The notes under the pieces are model-generated. The model was not told the origin of the DNA, searched no databases, and worked only from the letters and a program-made list of their open reading frames with translations. From assembly GCA_965243415.1 (NCBI GenBank), contig OZ251549.1:626239-690238 (forward strand): a stretch of DNA of 64,000 nt. Direction: 5' to 3'. Positions 62,629-64,000 of the stretch are shown in pieces. Numbering within the stretch: the stretch's first letter is position 1; each line of letters begins with the position of its first letter. Made by a program: the position numbers and the translations under genes. Source of the stretch: Candidatus Marinacidobacterium sp. (lineage in GTDB: Bacteria > Acidobacteriota > Vicinamibacteria > Marinacidobacterales > Marinacidobacteraceae).

Positions 62629-64000
62629 ATGACCCTTCTCCGCCATCCCCGTCACCCCTTCGGGATCACCAACCGAATCGTTGCGGTCGCCGCTGCCGGC
62701 TTCTTCGCCGCCGCCGCGTCCGTCAGCGCCGCTCAGGAACCGGAGGAATACGGCAGCCGGGGGAACCTGGCGAAGAACGCCACCCCCGCCGAGCGTCAGG
62801 AGATGGAAGCGCTCTACGACCGCTTCGTCCCGTTCATAGACCGGGCGCGCACCGAACTCACCATGGTCCGCGAGACCATCGCCCGGGCCGAGGCGCGCGG
62901 CTTCCGGGAATGGGATCCGGCCCTCCGCGAGGTGGCCCCCGGCGACCGTTTCTACGCGGTGAACCGGGGCCGGACGATGGTGCTCTGGGTGGTCGGCAGC
63001 GAGCCGCTGTCCGCCGGGATGCGCCTGGTGAACAGCCACATAGACGCCGTCCGGCTGGAGCTGAAACCGCACCCGCTCACGCGGAAGGGCGGCGCGGTGG
63101 CCCTCGACACCCTGGTCCACGGCGGCATCAAGGCCTACCAGTGGGTGAATGTGCCGCTCGGCCTCACCGGCCGGGTGGACCGGATGGACGGCTCCACGAT
63201 CTGGATCGAGTACGGGTTCGACGAGTCCGACCCGGTGCTGCTCATCCCCGACCTGGCCCCGCATGTGGACCGGGACTACCGGAACCGGACGCGCGCCGAC
63301 GCCATCCAGCGCGAGGAACTCGACCCGCTGATCGCCTCCGCGCCGACCGGCGGCGAGAACGGGATGGACACCATGGCCCGGGCGGTCGCGCTCCTCGAAG
63401 ACGAGTTCGGGATCGAGCCGGAGGACTGGGTGAGCAGCGATGTGCAGATCGTCCCGGTCACGAAGCCGCGCGAAGTGGGACTCGACCGCGAGCTGTTCGC
63501 CGCCTACGGCCTCGACGACCGGATCACCGCCGTGGTGAATGTCTTCGCGCTCGAGGAGACGGAAGCCCCGACCCACACCGCGATGGCCTACCTGGTGACC
63601 GACGAGGAGGTCGGCAGCGGTTCGAACATCGGCGTGGGCTCCGAGTGGTTCCGCCGCATCGTGGCCGAGATGATCCGGGCCGAACGCGGCTCGGTGACCG
63701 ACCTGGAGGTCATGGAGTGCTTCTCGGCGACGGACATGATCACCGCCGACACCACCACCGCCACGAACCCGCTCTGGCCGTCGCCCCAGGCCCCGGACAA
63801 CGCCTCGCTGCTGCATCACGGACTGGTCATCAAGTTGTACGGGCCCGGCCGCAGCGCCAACAGCGAGTTCGTGGCGCGGATGCGGCGATTCCTCGACGCC
63901 GACCGGGTCGCCTGGCAGAGCCATACCTACAAGGCGGGCTACGGCGGCGGCACCATCGCCCGCTACTTCAACCACATGAACATGGAGGTGACCGACTGGG
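62629..64000 (+). CDS. M18-family aminopeptidase, secreted; 3' end beyond the window
   Basis: Open frame from the ATG at 62629 to the window edge. It is absent from the supplied track, presumably because no stop lies inside the window. Signal peptide; NSHIDAVRLELKP, GLDDRI and DEEVGSGS metal-ligand-like motifs. Confidence 0.7.
   Translation, partial: MTLLRHPRHPFGITNRIVAVAAAGFFAAAASVSAAQEPEEYGSRGNLAKNATPAERQEMEALYDRFVPFIDRARTELTMVRETIARAEARGFREWDPALREVAPGDRFYAVNRGRTMVLWVVGSEPLSAGMRLVNSHIDAVRLELKPHPLTRKGGAVALDTLVHGGIKAYQWVNVPLGLTGRVDRMDGSTIWIEYGFDESDPVLLIPDLAPHVDRDYRNRTRADAIQREELDPLIASAPTGGENGMDTMARAVALLEDEFGIEPEDWVSSDVQIVPVTKPREVGLDRELFAAYGLDDRITAVVNVFALEETEAPTHTAMAYLVTDEEVGSGSNIGVGSEWFRRIVAEMIRAERGSVTDLEVMECFSATDMITADTTTATNPLWPSPQAPDNASLLHHGLVIKLYGPGRSANSEFVARMRRFLDADRVAWQSHTYKAGYGGGTIARYFNHMNMEVTDW

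Overview
Very high-G+C bacterial chromosomal segment. Hand-counted 100-nt samples give about 79% G+C in backbone genes. The phylum cannot be determined from the sequence alone. Most long ORFs in the supplied track are antisense or off-frame shadows (Arg/Pro/Gly-rich), so I kept only frames with recognisable families or clear third-position G/C bias. The backbone is ordinary metabolism and envelope: a GT2 glycosyltransferase, TPR protein and PP0621-like protein; a class II aldolase; a CRTAC1/FG-GAP protein; a Rieske oxygenase with a proline-racemase-family enzyme; two paralogous Big_2/LVIVD proteins flanking a YVTN beta-propeller; a GlcD-GlpC-type FAD/Fe-S oxidase; an NfeD/SPFH pair; a complete quinohemoprotein amine dehydrogenase (qhpADCB plus ABC exporter plus subtilisin) cluster; alkaline phosphatase; thiI preceded by tRNA-Arg(CCG) and tRNA-Lys(CTT); and a minus-strand block of nucleoside hydrolase, acyl-CoA dehydrogenase, SDR, Na+/solute symporter and M19 dipeptidase, followed by a partial plus-strand M18 aminopeptidase gene at the window end. 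Accessory or unusual content: (1) a two-gene Type III-like R-M operon, with a long-form N6-adenine Mod carrying a ~470-aa N-terminal extension and a DEAH helicase with a PD-(D/E)xK-like tail; (2) a second Mod-like gene whose catalytic DPPY and SAM-binding FxGxG motifs are both destroyed, convergent with a DUF2779 Cas4/exonuclease-like gene; (3) three lower-G+C islets carrying a GIY-YIG nuclease, a DUF4926-like mini-protein and an MrfA/YprA-like helicase-DUF1998 fusion; (4) an 835-aa orphan protein with a globular N-domain, a ~300-aa proline-rich linker, a coiled coil and a small C-domain; (5) a tandem triplet of small membrane-anchored paralogs, one with an in-frame TAG; (6) a family of short AT-rich conserved non-coding elements; (7) several large tandem repeats, including decayed copies of the 3' end of the dipeptidase gene. 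No CRISPR array, rRNA, transposase or integrase was recognised.
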